Shown: one piece after another, positions 28,486 to 37,004 of the stretch
Layout: the number at the start of each line of letters is the position of its first letter
Numbering within the stretch: position 1 is the stretch's first letter
DNA from: Aggregatibacter sp. HMT-949
Lineage (GTDB): Bacteria; Pseudomonadota; Gammaproteobacteria; Enterobacterales; Pasteurellaceae
DNA length: 40,000 bases
Assembly: GCF_041734645.1 (NCBI RefSeq)
Contig: NZ_CP162010.1
Span: forward strand, 730,445-770,444
Direction: 5' to 3'
Translations under genes and position numbers: made by a program
The notes under the pieces: generated by a model
Databases searched by the model: none
Told to the model about the DNA's origin: nothing
The model's input: the letters and a program-made list of their open reading frames with translations, nothing else

Positions 28486-28534
28486 AGCACCGAATTGGAA
28501 CGGCCTACAATGGAACGGCCTCCAATGCGGTGCT
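28486..28534. repeat. Second inverted pair of the CAATGCGGTGCT motif (14-bp arms, 1 mismatch, 21-nt loop) in the divergent wzx / GT25 intergenic region
   Basis: agcaccgaattgga (28486..28499) pairs with tccaatgcggtgct (28521..28534). The loop holds a near-tandem duplication, aattggaacggcctac / aatggaacggcctcc. The element is followed by ATTTTGAATTGAG. Confidence 0.85.
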
Positions 28535-28748
28535 ATTTTGAATTGAGACGGTTACCTTCGTTCAGTCCGAAAAACCTGATTTAGGCTTGGAGCGATTGTG
28601 GCATGATTTCGTTTTTTTAAGCGCACTTCTCTTCACAAACCTCATGCCAAGATTGTTTATCTTTAGTATAATTGGCCGTCACTTCTTTCTATGAAGTGAT
28701 TTTTTATTTCCTTAATCAAATAGCGAAAAAAATTTAACCGAGCTAATA

Positions 28749-29519
28749 ATGAATAAGTATTTAATTTCTCTTGATAAAGATAATCAACGTCGTGAACTGT
28801 TTTTTTCTCAGAAGAATACGGCGGATTTTCAAGTATTTTCCGCGATTAATACCATGCAAGTCGAATGGGATGAACTTGCCGAACAGTTCGATTTGGCACA
28901 ATTTGAACGACATTACGGGCGTAAGGTGACCAAAGGCGAGATTGGTTGTACTTTAAGTCATCTCAACGTGTACCGCTTAATTGTGGAAGATGATGCGGTG
29001 CTCGAAGATGATTACGCGCTGGTATGCGAAGACGATGCATTGTTTGCAGCGAATTTTCAGCAAAATTTGACAGCGCTTTTAGCTTCGGATTGCTCGGTGC
29101 CGATTTTGCTTATCGGCCAGTCCAAAATTGCCGATTTTTATGCGGGCGAATTGGAAATTAATTATCCGATCGCCTTTTCTTTCTTGTGCCGGAAGGCGGG
29201 TGAGGTCCGTTATGCGTATCCGTACAAAAGTTATTTTGCCGGCACGGTAGGGTATTTGATCAAAAAATCCGCTGCGCGAGGTTTCTTAAAACGACTTGAA
29301 GCGGAGAAACCGTTTTGGCTGGCTGATGATTTTAGGTTATTTGAAACGAAATTTGCCGTATCTAATCAAGTGGTGCGCCCGCTAATGGTGATCGAAAATC
29401 CGCAATTAGTCAGTAATCTCGAAGCCGTTCGCGGTTCGCAGGCCAATAATTTGGTGAAAAAATTGTTGAAATATCCGCTTAAAAAACTGATGGCGATTCG
29501 AAGAAATTTAGGAAAGTAA
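28749..29519 (+). CDS. glycosyltransferase family 25 (LOS/LPS beta-glycosyltransferase, Lic2B/LpsA-like)
   Basis: 256 aa with [28 protein letters not shown] and VCEDDA, typical of GT25. Confidence 0.8.
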   Translation: MNKYLISLDKDNQRRELFFSQKNTADFQVFSAINTMQVEWDELAEQFDLAQFERHYGRKVTKGEIGCTLSHLNVYRLIVEDDAVLEDDYALVCEDDALFAANFQQNLTALLASDCSVPILLIGQSKIADFYAGELEINYPIAFSFLCRKAGEVRYAYPYKSYFAGTVGYLIKKSAARGFLKRLEAEKPFWLADDFRLFETKFAVSNQVVRPLMVIENPQLVSNLEAVRGSQANNLVKKLLKYPLKKLMAIRRNLGK

Positions 29520-29520
29520 C

Positions 29521-30729
29521 ATGAGCGCACTTTTTAACCTTTTTTATATTTACGATCCTTGGTTTTTCCATGTGGTGCGTATGTCTGTAGTGGCCGGATT
29601 AGCGGCTTTCACCGTATTGGCGTATCGATATTGGAAAAAAACGTCGCCACAAAATTTTCAAGGTTTCGTCGTGCCGATGGACAGTCTTGCCGTATTGATC
29701 GGTTTAATTTTATTTAGTGTGATCCCATTATTAGTAAATGGTACGCGCGATTTTTCTGTCCTTGTCATGTATGTGAAAGAACTGATTTTATTTGTTTTCG
29801 GTATCGGCCTTTATAATCTGTTTTATGCGCTGCCAAATGGGAAACAATGTGCGGTACGGGATTTACAAATCGGTGTTGCTGTGCAATTTGTGTTAGGCGT
29901 GCTGGCGTTGTTCGGCGTATCTTTTGTGGTGGATTTTTTATTATCTACCAATGCGGTGCTGCCCGCGCGTTTCTATGGTTCCGAACAGGAATATCGCCTG
30001 TATAATCTGACGTCGGCAGCGTTTTTTCAGCTTAGTTTATTCTATTTAATGCTGTTTCATTTCTTGTTGGCGTACGACGCAAAACATAATTCCGTTCCGA
30101 GCATCTTGGTATTGTTAATCCTTTGTATTGGCTTGATTTCAGGCAGAACATTTTTATTGCTTTCGGTGGTAAGTATTGCTGTGTATTTCAAGCGACGTTA
30201 TCTGCCGTCACTCATTGCATTTGTCTCATTGGTATTAGGTTTAGCTTATTTTTTACCATTTAATCCTTATGTGGCTCACGCACTTGAGCCGGTGATTAAT
30301 TTGTTACATGGTGCCGGTTTTGTGAGTTCATCTACCGACACGTTAATGAAAAATCATTTATTTATGCCGACCTTAAAACAATTTTTAATCGGTGACGGTA
30401 TGTATATGACGGACGAGTTGGAAGCAGGGCGTTATTACGGCCATACGGATTCCGGATTTTTGCGCCAAATTTTATACGGCGGTTTGAGTTATGCATTAGT
30501 ATGCTTTTTAGTGACGTTCTATTTCGTACGCAAAGTAGCATTAAATTGGTTTGACGGTAGCTGGAGGTTCATTTTGTCCACCTTTGTTATTCTCGCTGTC
30601 AGCAATGTTAAAGCCGATACCTTCGCCTTTCCGGGTATTATGTTTGTCATGTTGATGTTTTTGTCATTATTTGGCTCGCACGGCAAACAACGAATTTTTT
30701 TAACCCCAAAGGAGGTGAAGCATGTTTAG
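29521..30729 (+). CDS. polytopic membrane protein, putative Wzy-type repeat-unit polymerase / O-antigen ligase-like
   Basis: 402 aa with ~10 TM segments and a larger loop containing GHTDSGFLRQILYGG. It sits between glycosyltransferases and opposite wzx. No strong family motif is recognisable by eye. Confidence 0.5.
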   Translation: MSALFNLFYIYDPWFFHVVRMSVVAGLAAFTVLAYRYWKKTSPQNFQGFVVPMDSLAVLIGLILFSVIPLLVNGTRDFSVLVMYVKELILFVFGIGLYNLFYALPNGKQCAVRDLQIGVAVQFVLGVLALFGVSFVVDFLLSTNAVLPARFYGSEQEYRLYNLTSAAFFQLSLFYLMLFHFLLAYDAKHNSVPSILVLLILCIGLISGRTFLLLSVVSIAVYFKRRYLPSLIAFVSLVLGLAYFLPFNPYVAHALEPVINLLHGAGFVSSSTDTLMKNHLFMPTLKQFLIGDGMYMTDELEAGRYYGHTDSGFLRQILYGGLSYALVCFLVTFYFVRKVALNWFDGSWRFILSTFVILAVSNVKADTFAFPGIMFVMLMFLSLFGSHGKQRIFLTPKEVKHV

Positions 30730-31603
30730 TATTATCGTTCCTTCCTATAATCGAAGAGATGAAATTCCGGCGTTGCTGGACAGTTTAACCCGGCAAACTA
30801 GCCATGATTTTGAAGTGGTGATTGTGGACGATTGCTCCGAATATCCGGTTGTCGTGGAGCAATCTTATCCTTTTGCGGTGCGCGTGGTTCGTAATCAAAC
30901 TAATCAAGGTGCGGCGGAAAGCCGCAATATCGGTGCGCGCGCGGCAAAAGGCGAATGGTTGCTATTTTTAGATGATGACGATCGTTTTGCGGATAATAAA
31001 TGCGCCCGATTAGCCGAGATTATTGCTACTCATATTGACGTTAATTTTCTTTACCATCCGGCCAAATGCGAAATGGTAAACGAAGGTTTTAGTTATCAGA
31101 CAAATCCGATTGAACCGCAAGAAATCAGCATTGAACGCATTTTACTTGCCAATAAAATCGGCGGTATGCCGATGATTGCTGTAAAAAAATCGTTGTTTCT
31201 AAAAATAGGCGGATTATCAAGCGCGCTTCGTTCCCTTGAGGACTATGATTTCTTGTTAAAATTAGTGAAAGAACCGACCTTTAAGCCGTACAAGGTGGAT
31301 GAAGCGTTGACTTATTGTACTTTTCACACCAAACGTTCCAGCGTTTCGACAGACACGTCTAACACGCAAAAAGCCATTGATTATATTCGCGAACATTATG
31401 TGGAGAGCGAGCAACAGGCGCGTAATTTTGCCATTAATGCTCAATATATGCTTGCTTATCCGAATGTGATGAATCTTTCTCGCAAAGCTGCAAAATACTA
31501 TTTCGCTATTTTCCAAAAAACAAAAAGCGTGAAGCAGTTGCTGATTGCATTAGTCGTGCTAATTTCGCCAAAATTAGCAATTAATTTGAAACGTTTTATG
31601 TAA
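30722..31603 (+). CDS. glycosyltransferase family 2
   Basis: FSIIVPSYNRRDEIPALLDSL, VVIVDDCS and FLDDDD are classic GT2 (GT-A) motifs. It overlaps the upstream gene by 8 nt. Confidence 0.88.
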   Translation: MFSIIVPSYNRRDEIPALLDSLTRQTSHDFEVVIVDDCSEYPVVVEQSYPFAVRVVRNQTNQGAAESRNIGARAAKGEWLLFLDDDDRFADNKCARLAEIIATHIDVNFLYHPAKCEMVNEGFSYQTNPIEPQEISIERILLANKIGGMPMIAVKKSLFLKIGGLSSALRSLEDYDFLLKLVKEPTFKPYKVDEALTYCTFHTKRSSVSTDTSNTQKAIDYIREHYVESEQQARNFAINAQYMLAYPNVMNLSRKAAKYYFAIFQKTKSVKQLLIALVVLISPKLAINLKRFM

Positions 31604-31631
31604 TTGTGATGAATAGAAGAGAAGGAAAATA

Positions 31632-32435
31632 ATGAAATTTTCAGTTTTAATGTCCTTATATATTAAGGAAAATCCGGAGTATTTAAGAGCGTGTTTTGCA
31701 AGCCTTGTAGCGCAAACCCGTCCGGCGGATGAGATTGTGTTGGTATTTGACGGCGCGGTTACGCCGGAATTAGAAGCCGTGGTTGACGAATTTGAATCTC
31801 AATTACCGTTAAAATTGGTTAAATTGCCGCAAAATCTTGGCTTAGGTAAAGCGCTAAATGAAGGCTTGCTGCATTGTTCCTACGATTGGGTATTTCGCAT
31901 GGATACCGATGATATTTGTGTGCCGGAACGTTTTGAAAAACAAACGGCATTTATTAATGCCCATCCTGATACGATTATTTTTGGCGGGCAAATCGTCGAA
32001 TTCGGCCAGAATATAAATGATATTGTTGCCTATCGTAATGTGCCAACTGATGCGGTGTCCATTGTGAAGTTCACTCGGAAACGTTGTCCGTTTAACCATA
32101 TGACGGTGGCGTATCAAAAGAATGCGGTGCTTGATTGCGGTGGCTATGAAGATTTGCAAGAAGATTATTACTTGTGGATAAAACTTATAGCCAAAAAACA
32201 GCAAGTGGCAAATTTACCGGATATTCTCGTTTATGCTCGCGTTGGAAACGGTATGGTAGGGCGTCGGCGCGGTTTAAATCATGCCAAAGCCGAGTGGCGT
32301 TTGTTTAAATTAAAATATCGTCTCGGTATTCAAGGATTCGTATCGGGTTTATTCACTTTTGCTCTGCGATCCGCCTCTCGTTTACTGCCGACCGCTTTAT
32401 TGAAAGCGATTTATAACAAGTTTTTGAGAAAATAG
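31632..32435 (+). CDS. glycosyltransferase family 2 (AmsE/EpsH-like)
   Basis: FSVLMSLYIKENPEYL, VLVFDG and RMDTDDICVPERF are typical of this GT2 subgroup. Confidence 0.85.
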   Translation: MKFSVLMSLYIKENPEYLRACFASLVAQTRPADEIVLVFDGAVTPELEAVVDEFESQLPLKLVKLPQNLGLGKALNEGLLHCSYDWVFRMDTDDICVPERFEKQTAFINAHPDTIIFGGQIVEFGQNINDIVAYRNVPTDAVSIVKFTRKRCPFNHMTVAYQKNAVLDCGGYEDLQEDYYLWIKLIAKKQQVANLPDILVYARVGNGMVGRRRGLNHAKAEWRLFKLKYRLGIQGFVSGLFTFALRSASRLLPTALLKAIYNKFLRK

Positions 32436-32535
32436 ATTGCTGTTTCTCTCACCGGAAAGTCGTTCGAATAAGGAACCACTAAATGCGTTTCTTGCTTGTT
32501 TGAATATAACGCTACTTCATTAAATTTTATTTTTC

Positions 32536-34362
32536 ATGTTCGATTCAAAAAAATTCCTCGCAGATGTTTCTCATGAGCCCGGTGTTTATCGTATGTATGA
32601 CGATAAGGAGCAAGTGATCTATGTAGGCAAGGCGAAGGATTTAAAGAAACGTTTGTCGAGTTATTTTCGCGCCAACCTTAGTAGCAAGAAAACCGAGGCG
32701 TTGGTGGCGTCGATTCATCATATTGATACGACGATTACTTCTAGCGAAACGGAAGCTTTGTTGCTCGAACATAATTTCATCAAACTTTATCAACCGCGCT
32801 ACAACGTGTTATTGCGCGACGATAAATCCTATCCTTTTATTTTGCTCACTAAAGAACGTCATCCGCGTATCGGCGCTTACCGTGGCGCAAAGAAAATTGC
32901 CGGTGAATATTTCGGGCCTTATCCCCATGCCGGTGCGGTGCGCGAGACATTGTCGCTATTACAAAAATTATTCCCTGTGCGTCAGTGTGAAAATTCAGTT
33001 TATGCCAATCGTTCACGCCCTTGTCTACAATATCAAATTGGACGCTGCTCCGCGCCTTGCGTATCGGGTTATGTGACGGATGAAGAATATAATCAGCAAG
33101 TGGAACTCGCGCGTTTATTTTTGCAAGGCAAAGATCAGCAAGTGTTGGATTATTTAATCGACAAAATGGAACGCGCGAGTCGCGAATTGGATTTTGAGCA
33201 GGCGGCGCGTTATCGCGATCAAATCCAAGCCGTGCGCTCAGTGACTGAAAAACAATTTGTCGCCAACGAACGTTTGGACGATATGGATATTATGTCTATT
33301 GCCTATCAACACGGCTTAGCGTGCGTGCAAGTGATGTTTATTCGTCAAGGCAAAGTATTGGGTAATCGCAGTTATTTTCCAAAAGTACCGGCAAATACGG
33401 ATCTTTCCGAACTGACCGAAACCTTCGTGGGGCAATTTTATCTGCAAGGACATCAAGGACGAAGCATTCCGAATACTATTATTGTGGATCGTAAACTCAG
33501 TGCAAAAGCCGAGTTAGAGCAACTTCTGACGGAACAAGCAGGACGAAAAGTGATGATTCAAGAAAGCGTGAAAGGTGATAAAAGCAAATATCTACAATTA
33601 GCGCAAGTGAATGCCAAAGCGGCGCTGGTGACTCAACTTAAACAGTCTTCACGCATGTCCGAACGTTATCAAGCCTTATGCGAATTGCTCGATATGGCGG
33701 AAATTAAGCGCATGGAATGTTTCGATATTAGTCATACTATGGGCAGCCAAACCGTGGCTTCTTGCGTAGTGTTTAACCAAGAAGGCCCGCTGAAATCTGA
33801 TTATCGCCGTTTCAATATCGAAGGCATCACCGGCGGCGATGACTATGCGGCGATGGAGCAGGCGTTAAAAAAACGTTATGACCGAGAGTTGGAAGAGGAG
33901 AAAATTCCTGACGTCATTTTTATCGACGGCGGCAAAGGGCAGCTTAATCGTGCCTTGGCTGTATTTCGCAGACTCAACGTAAAATGGGACAAAAGCCGAC
34001 CACACTTAATTGGCGTAGCGAAAGGCGTGGATCGTCGTGCCGGTCAAGAAATACTGATTATCAGTAAACAAAACCGTGAAATTCATTTGCCGGACGACAG
34101 CCTTGCGTTGCATTTGATTCAGCATATTCGCGACGAAAGCCACAATCACGCCATCAGCGGGCATCGTAAAAAACGCCAAAAAGCCTTTACTCAAAGCGGT
34201 TTGGAAACTATTGAAGGCGTAGGTGCCAAACGTCGCCAAGCATTGCTGAAATATCTCGGTGGCTTGCAAGGAGTGAAAAATGCGACATTGGATGAAATTG
34301 CTTCCGTGCCGGGTATTTCGCGTAAACTGGCGGAAACGATTTTTGAAACACTCCGAAGTTAA
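32536..34362 (+). CDS. uvrC: excinuclease ABC subunit C
   Basis: 608 aa. It has a GIY-YIG domain (PGVYRMYD...[13 protein letters not shown]), a UVR domain ([11 protein letters not shown]), an endonuclease V-like domain and a C-terminal HhH pair ([13 protein letters not shown]). Confidence 0.96.
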   Translation: MFDSKKFLADVSHEPGVYRMYDDKEQVIYVGKAKDLKKRLSSYFRANLSSKKTEALVASIHHIDTTITSSETEALLLEHNFIKLYQPRYNVLLRDDKSYPFILLTKERHPRIGAYRGAKKIAGEYFGPYPHAGAVRETLSLLQKLFPVRQCENSVYANRSRPCLQYQIGRCSAPCVSGYVTDEEYNQQVELARLFLQGKDQQVLDYLIDKMERASRELDFEQAARYRDQIQAVRSVTEKQFVANERLDDMDIMSIAYQHGLACVQVMFIRQGKVLGNRSYFPKVPANTDLSELTETFVGQFYLQGHQGRSIPNTIIVDRKLSAKAELEQLLTEQAGRKVMIQESVKGDKSKYLQLAQVNAKAALVTQLKQSSRMSERYQALCELLDMAEIKRMECFDISHTMGSQTVASCVVFNQEGPLKSDYRRFNIEGITGGDDYAAMEQALKKRYDRELEEEKIPDVIFIDGGKGQLNRALAVFRRLNVKWDKSRPHLIGVAKGVDRRAGQEILIISKQNREIHLPDDSLALHLIQHIRDESHNHAISGHRKKRQKAFTQSGLETIEGVGAKRRQALLKYLGGLQGVKNATLDEIASVPGISRKLAETIFETLRS

Positions 34363-34455
34363 TTTTAAGTCATTGGCAAACGGCTCAAATTTGTTATTTA
34401 TTTTCTTTGAATTTCTGACCATAATACCGGCTATTTTTTTCAAAAAGGATTTTTT

Positions 34456-36738
34456 ATGAACATTCGTCAACTCATCAAACAGCACCGCATTGAACGCCTA
34501 TTCCAGCAAGGCACTTTCGGCATTGAAAAAGAAAGCCAGCGCGTTTATGCGGACGGCTCGATCGTCACAACGGAACATCCAAAGACGTTTGGTAATCGCA
34601 GTTTTCACCCTTATATTCAAACGGATTTTGCTGAAAGTCAGTTAGAATTAATCACACCACCGACAAAATCTTTAGAAGACACTATGCGTTGGCTTTCCGC
34701 AATTCATGAAGTCGTATTGCGTAGTTTGCCGGAAGACGAATATATTTTCCCGCTCAGTATGCCTGCCGGTTTGCCGCCGGAAGAACAAATTAAAGTCGCG
34801 CAATTAGAGAATCCGGAAGATGTGGCTTACCGCGAATATTTGGTGAAAAGTTACGGCAAATATAAACAAATGGTGAGCGGTATTCACTACAATTTCCAAC
34901 TTGATCCGTCTGCCGTTAAAGCGCTTTTTGAGGCGCAAACGGAAGAAAAAAATTTGTTCAACTTCCAGAATAATTTATACCTGAAAATTGCTAAAAATTT
35001 TCTACGCTATCAATGGATCTTGCTGTATTTACTTGCCGCCACGCCGACTGTGGACGAAAATTATTTTCGTGAGGGTTCGCCGCTGCGTCCACAACAATAT
35101 GTGCGTAGCTTGCGTTCCAGTCCCTTTGGTTATGTGAACGATCCGGAAATTAAAGTCTCTTTTGATAGCCTGGAAGCCTATGTTGACAGTCTTGAGCATT
35201 GGGTGAACAGTGGTAAGTTAATCGCTGAAAAAGAATTTTATTCAAATGTCCGCTTACGTGGCGCGAAAAAAGCACGCGATTTATTGCAAAGCGGCATCCA
35301 ATATCTTGAATTCCGTTTGTTTGATCTCAATCCCTTTGCCGCTTGCGGTCTTCTTTTAGAAGACGCCAAATTTATTCATTATTTCATTTTATTAATGGCG
35401 TGGTTAGAGGATACAGCGGATCAGGACGCGATAGAACTGGGTAAAGGACGTCTTGCGGAAGTGGCGTGGGAAGATCCGTTGGCGCAAAGCGCGTATTCGG
35501 TGGAAGGCGAGCTAGTACTTTTTGAGATGCTTGAAATGCTTGAAGAACTGCAAGCCGATGATGGAATTAAGGCGATTGTAAGGGAAAAATTCACGCAATT
35601 TGCCGAACCGTGGAAAACTGTTTGCGCGAATGTCGTGGTTGCTATTGAGAAAGCGGGCGGTTATCAGCAATTAGGCGCGGATATTGCAAAAGGCAATAAA
35701 CTTCTTGCTTTTGAGCGTTTCTATGCCTTGTCTGCATTCGATAATATGGAACTTTCTACCCAAGCATTGATGTTCGATGCGATCCAAAAAGGCTTAAAGA
35801 TCGAAATTTTAGACGAGCGCGATCAATTCCTAAGTCTGCAATACGGCGAGCATTTGGAATATGTGAAAAACGGTAATATGACTTCGCACGATAGCTACAT
35901 TTCGCCGCTAATTATGGAAAATAAAGTGGTGACTAAAAAGGTATTGGCAAAAGCCGGTTTTAACGTGCCGCAAAGCATGGAGTTTAACGATGTGCAAACT
36001 GCGGTGGAGAATTTTCCGCTATTTGACGGTCGCGCGGTAGTGATTAAACCGAAATCCACTAATTTCGGCTTGGGCATTACCATTTTTCAACAAGGCGTGC
36101 AAAATCGCGAAGACTTCGCCAAAGCGGTGGAAATTGCCTTCCGTGAAGATAAAGAAATTATGGTAGAAGATTATTTGATCGGCACCGAATATCGTTTCTT
36201 CGTATTAGGCGATAAAACCTTGGCGGTATTATTACGTGTGCCGGCAAATGTTATTGGCGACGGTGAACATACAATTAAACAATTGGTGGCGATGAAAAAT
36301 GCTGATCCGTTGCGCGGTGATGGTAGTCGCACGCCGTTGAAGAAAATCGCCTTGGGGGATATTGAAGAATTGCAGTTAAAAGAGCAAGGTTTCACACCAA
36401 TCTCCATTCCGCCGAGAGATGTTATTGTTCAGTTGCGTGCGAATTCGAATATCAGCACCGGCGGTGACTCGATTGATATGACTGATCAAATGCACGAAAG
36501 CTACAAACAACTTGCTGTCGATATTAGTAAAGCAATGGGCGCGGCAGTGTGTGGCGTGGATTTGATTATTCCCGATTTAACCAAACCGGCTCAGCCGAAT
36601 TTGCAGTCTTGGGGCGTCATTGAAGCCAATTTTAATCCGATGATGATGATGCATATTTTCCCGTATGCGGGGGAAAGTCGTCGAGTAACGTTGGACGTCA
36701 TTAGTATGTTATTTCCGGAACTGCCGTTGTATCGTTAA
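34456..36738 (+). CDS. gshF: bifunctional glutamate-cysteine ligase / glutathione synthetase (GshF, also called GshAB)
   Basis: 760 aa. The N-terminal gamma-glutamylcysteine ligase domain has GIEKESQRV and SGIHYNF. It is fused to a C-terminal ATP-grasp domain (VVIKPKSTNFGLGI, EYRFFVL, IEANFNP), as described for Pasteurella multocida and Streptococcus agalactiae. Confidence 0.92.
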   Translation: MNIRQLIKQHRIERLFQQGTFGIEKESQRVYADGSIVTTEHPKTFGNRSFHPYIQTDFAESQLELITPPTKSLEDTMRWLSAIHEVVLRSLPEDEYIFPLSMPAGLPPEEQIKVAQLENPEDVAYREYLVKSYGKYKQMVSGIHYNFQLDPSAVKALFEAQTEEKNLFNFQNNLYLKIAKNFLRYQWILLYLLAATPTVDENYFREGSPLRPQQYVRSLRSSPFGYVNDPEIKVSFDSLEAYVDSLEHWVNSGKLIAEKEFYSNVRLRGAKKARDLLQSGIQYLEFRLFDLNPFAACGLLLEDAKFIHYFILLMAWLEDTADQDAIELGKGRLAEVAWEDPLAQSAYSVEGELVLFEMLEMLEELQADDGIKAIVREKFTQFAEPWKTVCANVVVAIEKAGGYQQLGADIAKGNKLLAFERFYALSAFDNMELSTQALMFDAIQKGLKIEILDERDQFLSLQYGEHLEYVKNGNMTSHDSYISPLIMENKVVTKKVLAKAGFNVPQSMEFNDVQTAVENFPLFDGRAVVIKPKSTNFGLGITIFQQGVQNREDFAKAVEIAFREDKEIMVEDYLIGTEYRFFVLGDKTLAVLLRVPANVIGDGEHTIKQLVAMKNADPLRGDGSRTPLKKIALGDIEELQLKEQGFTPISIPPRDVIVQLRANSNISTGGDSIDMTDQMHESYKQLAVDISKAMGAAVCGVDLIIPDLTKPAQPNLQSWGVIEANFNPMMMMHIFPYAGESRRVTLDVISMLFPELPLYR

Positions 36739-36760
36739 AACTGGCTAAGCAGAATCGAAA

Positions 36761-36793
36761 TTCGCTCTTTCGTTTGAAAGAGCGAATTTTTTT
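36761..36793 (+). terminator. Rho-independent terminator after gshF
   Basis: Perfect 11-bp stem ttcgctctttc / gaaagagcgaa with a 4-nt loop, followed by T7. Confidence 0.9.
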
Positions 36794-36857
36794 ATCGAAA
36801 ATTAATGGCCGGTGCACGATTTATGCAGAAATAAATGCCCGACATAAGATTTAGCAA

Positions 36858-37004
36858 GGGTTCAATGCGGTGCTCTGAGAAGGGTTCAATGCGGTGCTCT
36901 GGGAAGAGTTCAATGCGGTGCTCTGAGAAGAGTTCAATGCGGTGCTCTGGAAAGAGTTCAATGCGGTGCTCTGAGAAAAGAGTTCAATGCCGTACCGCAT
37001 GAAG
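36858..37004 (+). repeat. Tandem array: 5 copies of a 24-bp unit (one is 26 bp), each containing GTTCAATGCGGTGCT, plus a degenerate sixth palindromic copy
   Basis: Units start at 36858, 36882, 36906, 36930 and 36954 (consensus gRgttcaatgcggtgctctgRgaaR). The sixth, gagttcaatgccgtaccgcatgaag (36980..37004), abuts the stop codon of the DUF1919 gene. Confidence 0.95.

Noticed and set aside
28387-28584. 65-aa ORF in the wzx / GT25 divergent intergenic region
   Set aside because: It has no Shine-Dalgarno and reads straight through the inverted motif hairpin and its internal duplication. Its composition is not protein-like.
28158-28748. JUMPStart/ops element (GGCGGTAG) typical of RfaH-dependent polysaccharide operons
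   Set aside because: It was not found on either strand of the divergent control region. The only near match in the window (cgcggtag, near 36040) lies inside gshF coding sequence.
28800-28806. T7 homopolymer in codons 17-19 of the GT25 gene as a phase-variation tract
   Set aside because: Seven T is short for slipped-strand switching. Pasteurellaceae LOS phase variation classically uses long tetranucleotide repeats, and none is present in any glycan gene here.
34006-34485. 159-aa minus-strand ORF spanning the uvrC 3' end and the gshF start
   Set aside because: It is antisense to two well-supported genes and crosses their intergenic region. It has no recognisable motifs.
36858-37004. Tandem repeat array considered as a CRISPR array or plasmid/phage iterons
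   Set aside because: The units are contiguous with no unique spacers, the period is only 24 bp, and no cas genes are present. No rep, par or integrase gene lies nearby, and the flanks are housekeeping genes with their own terminator.
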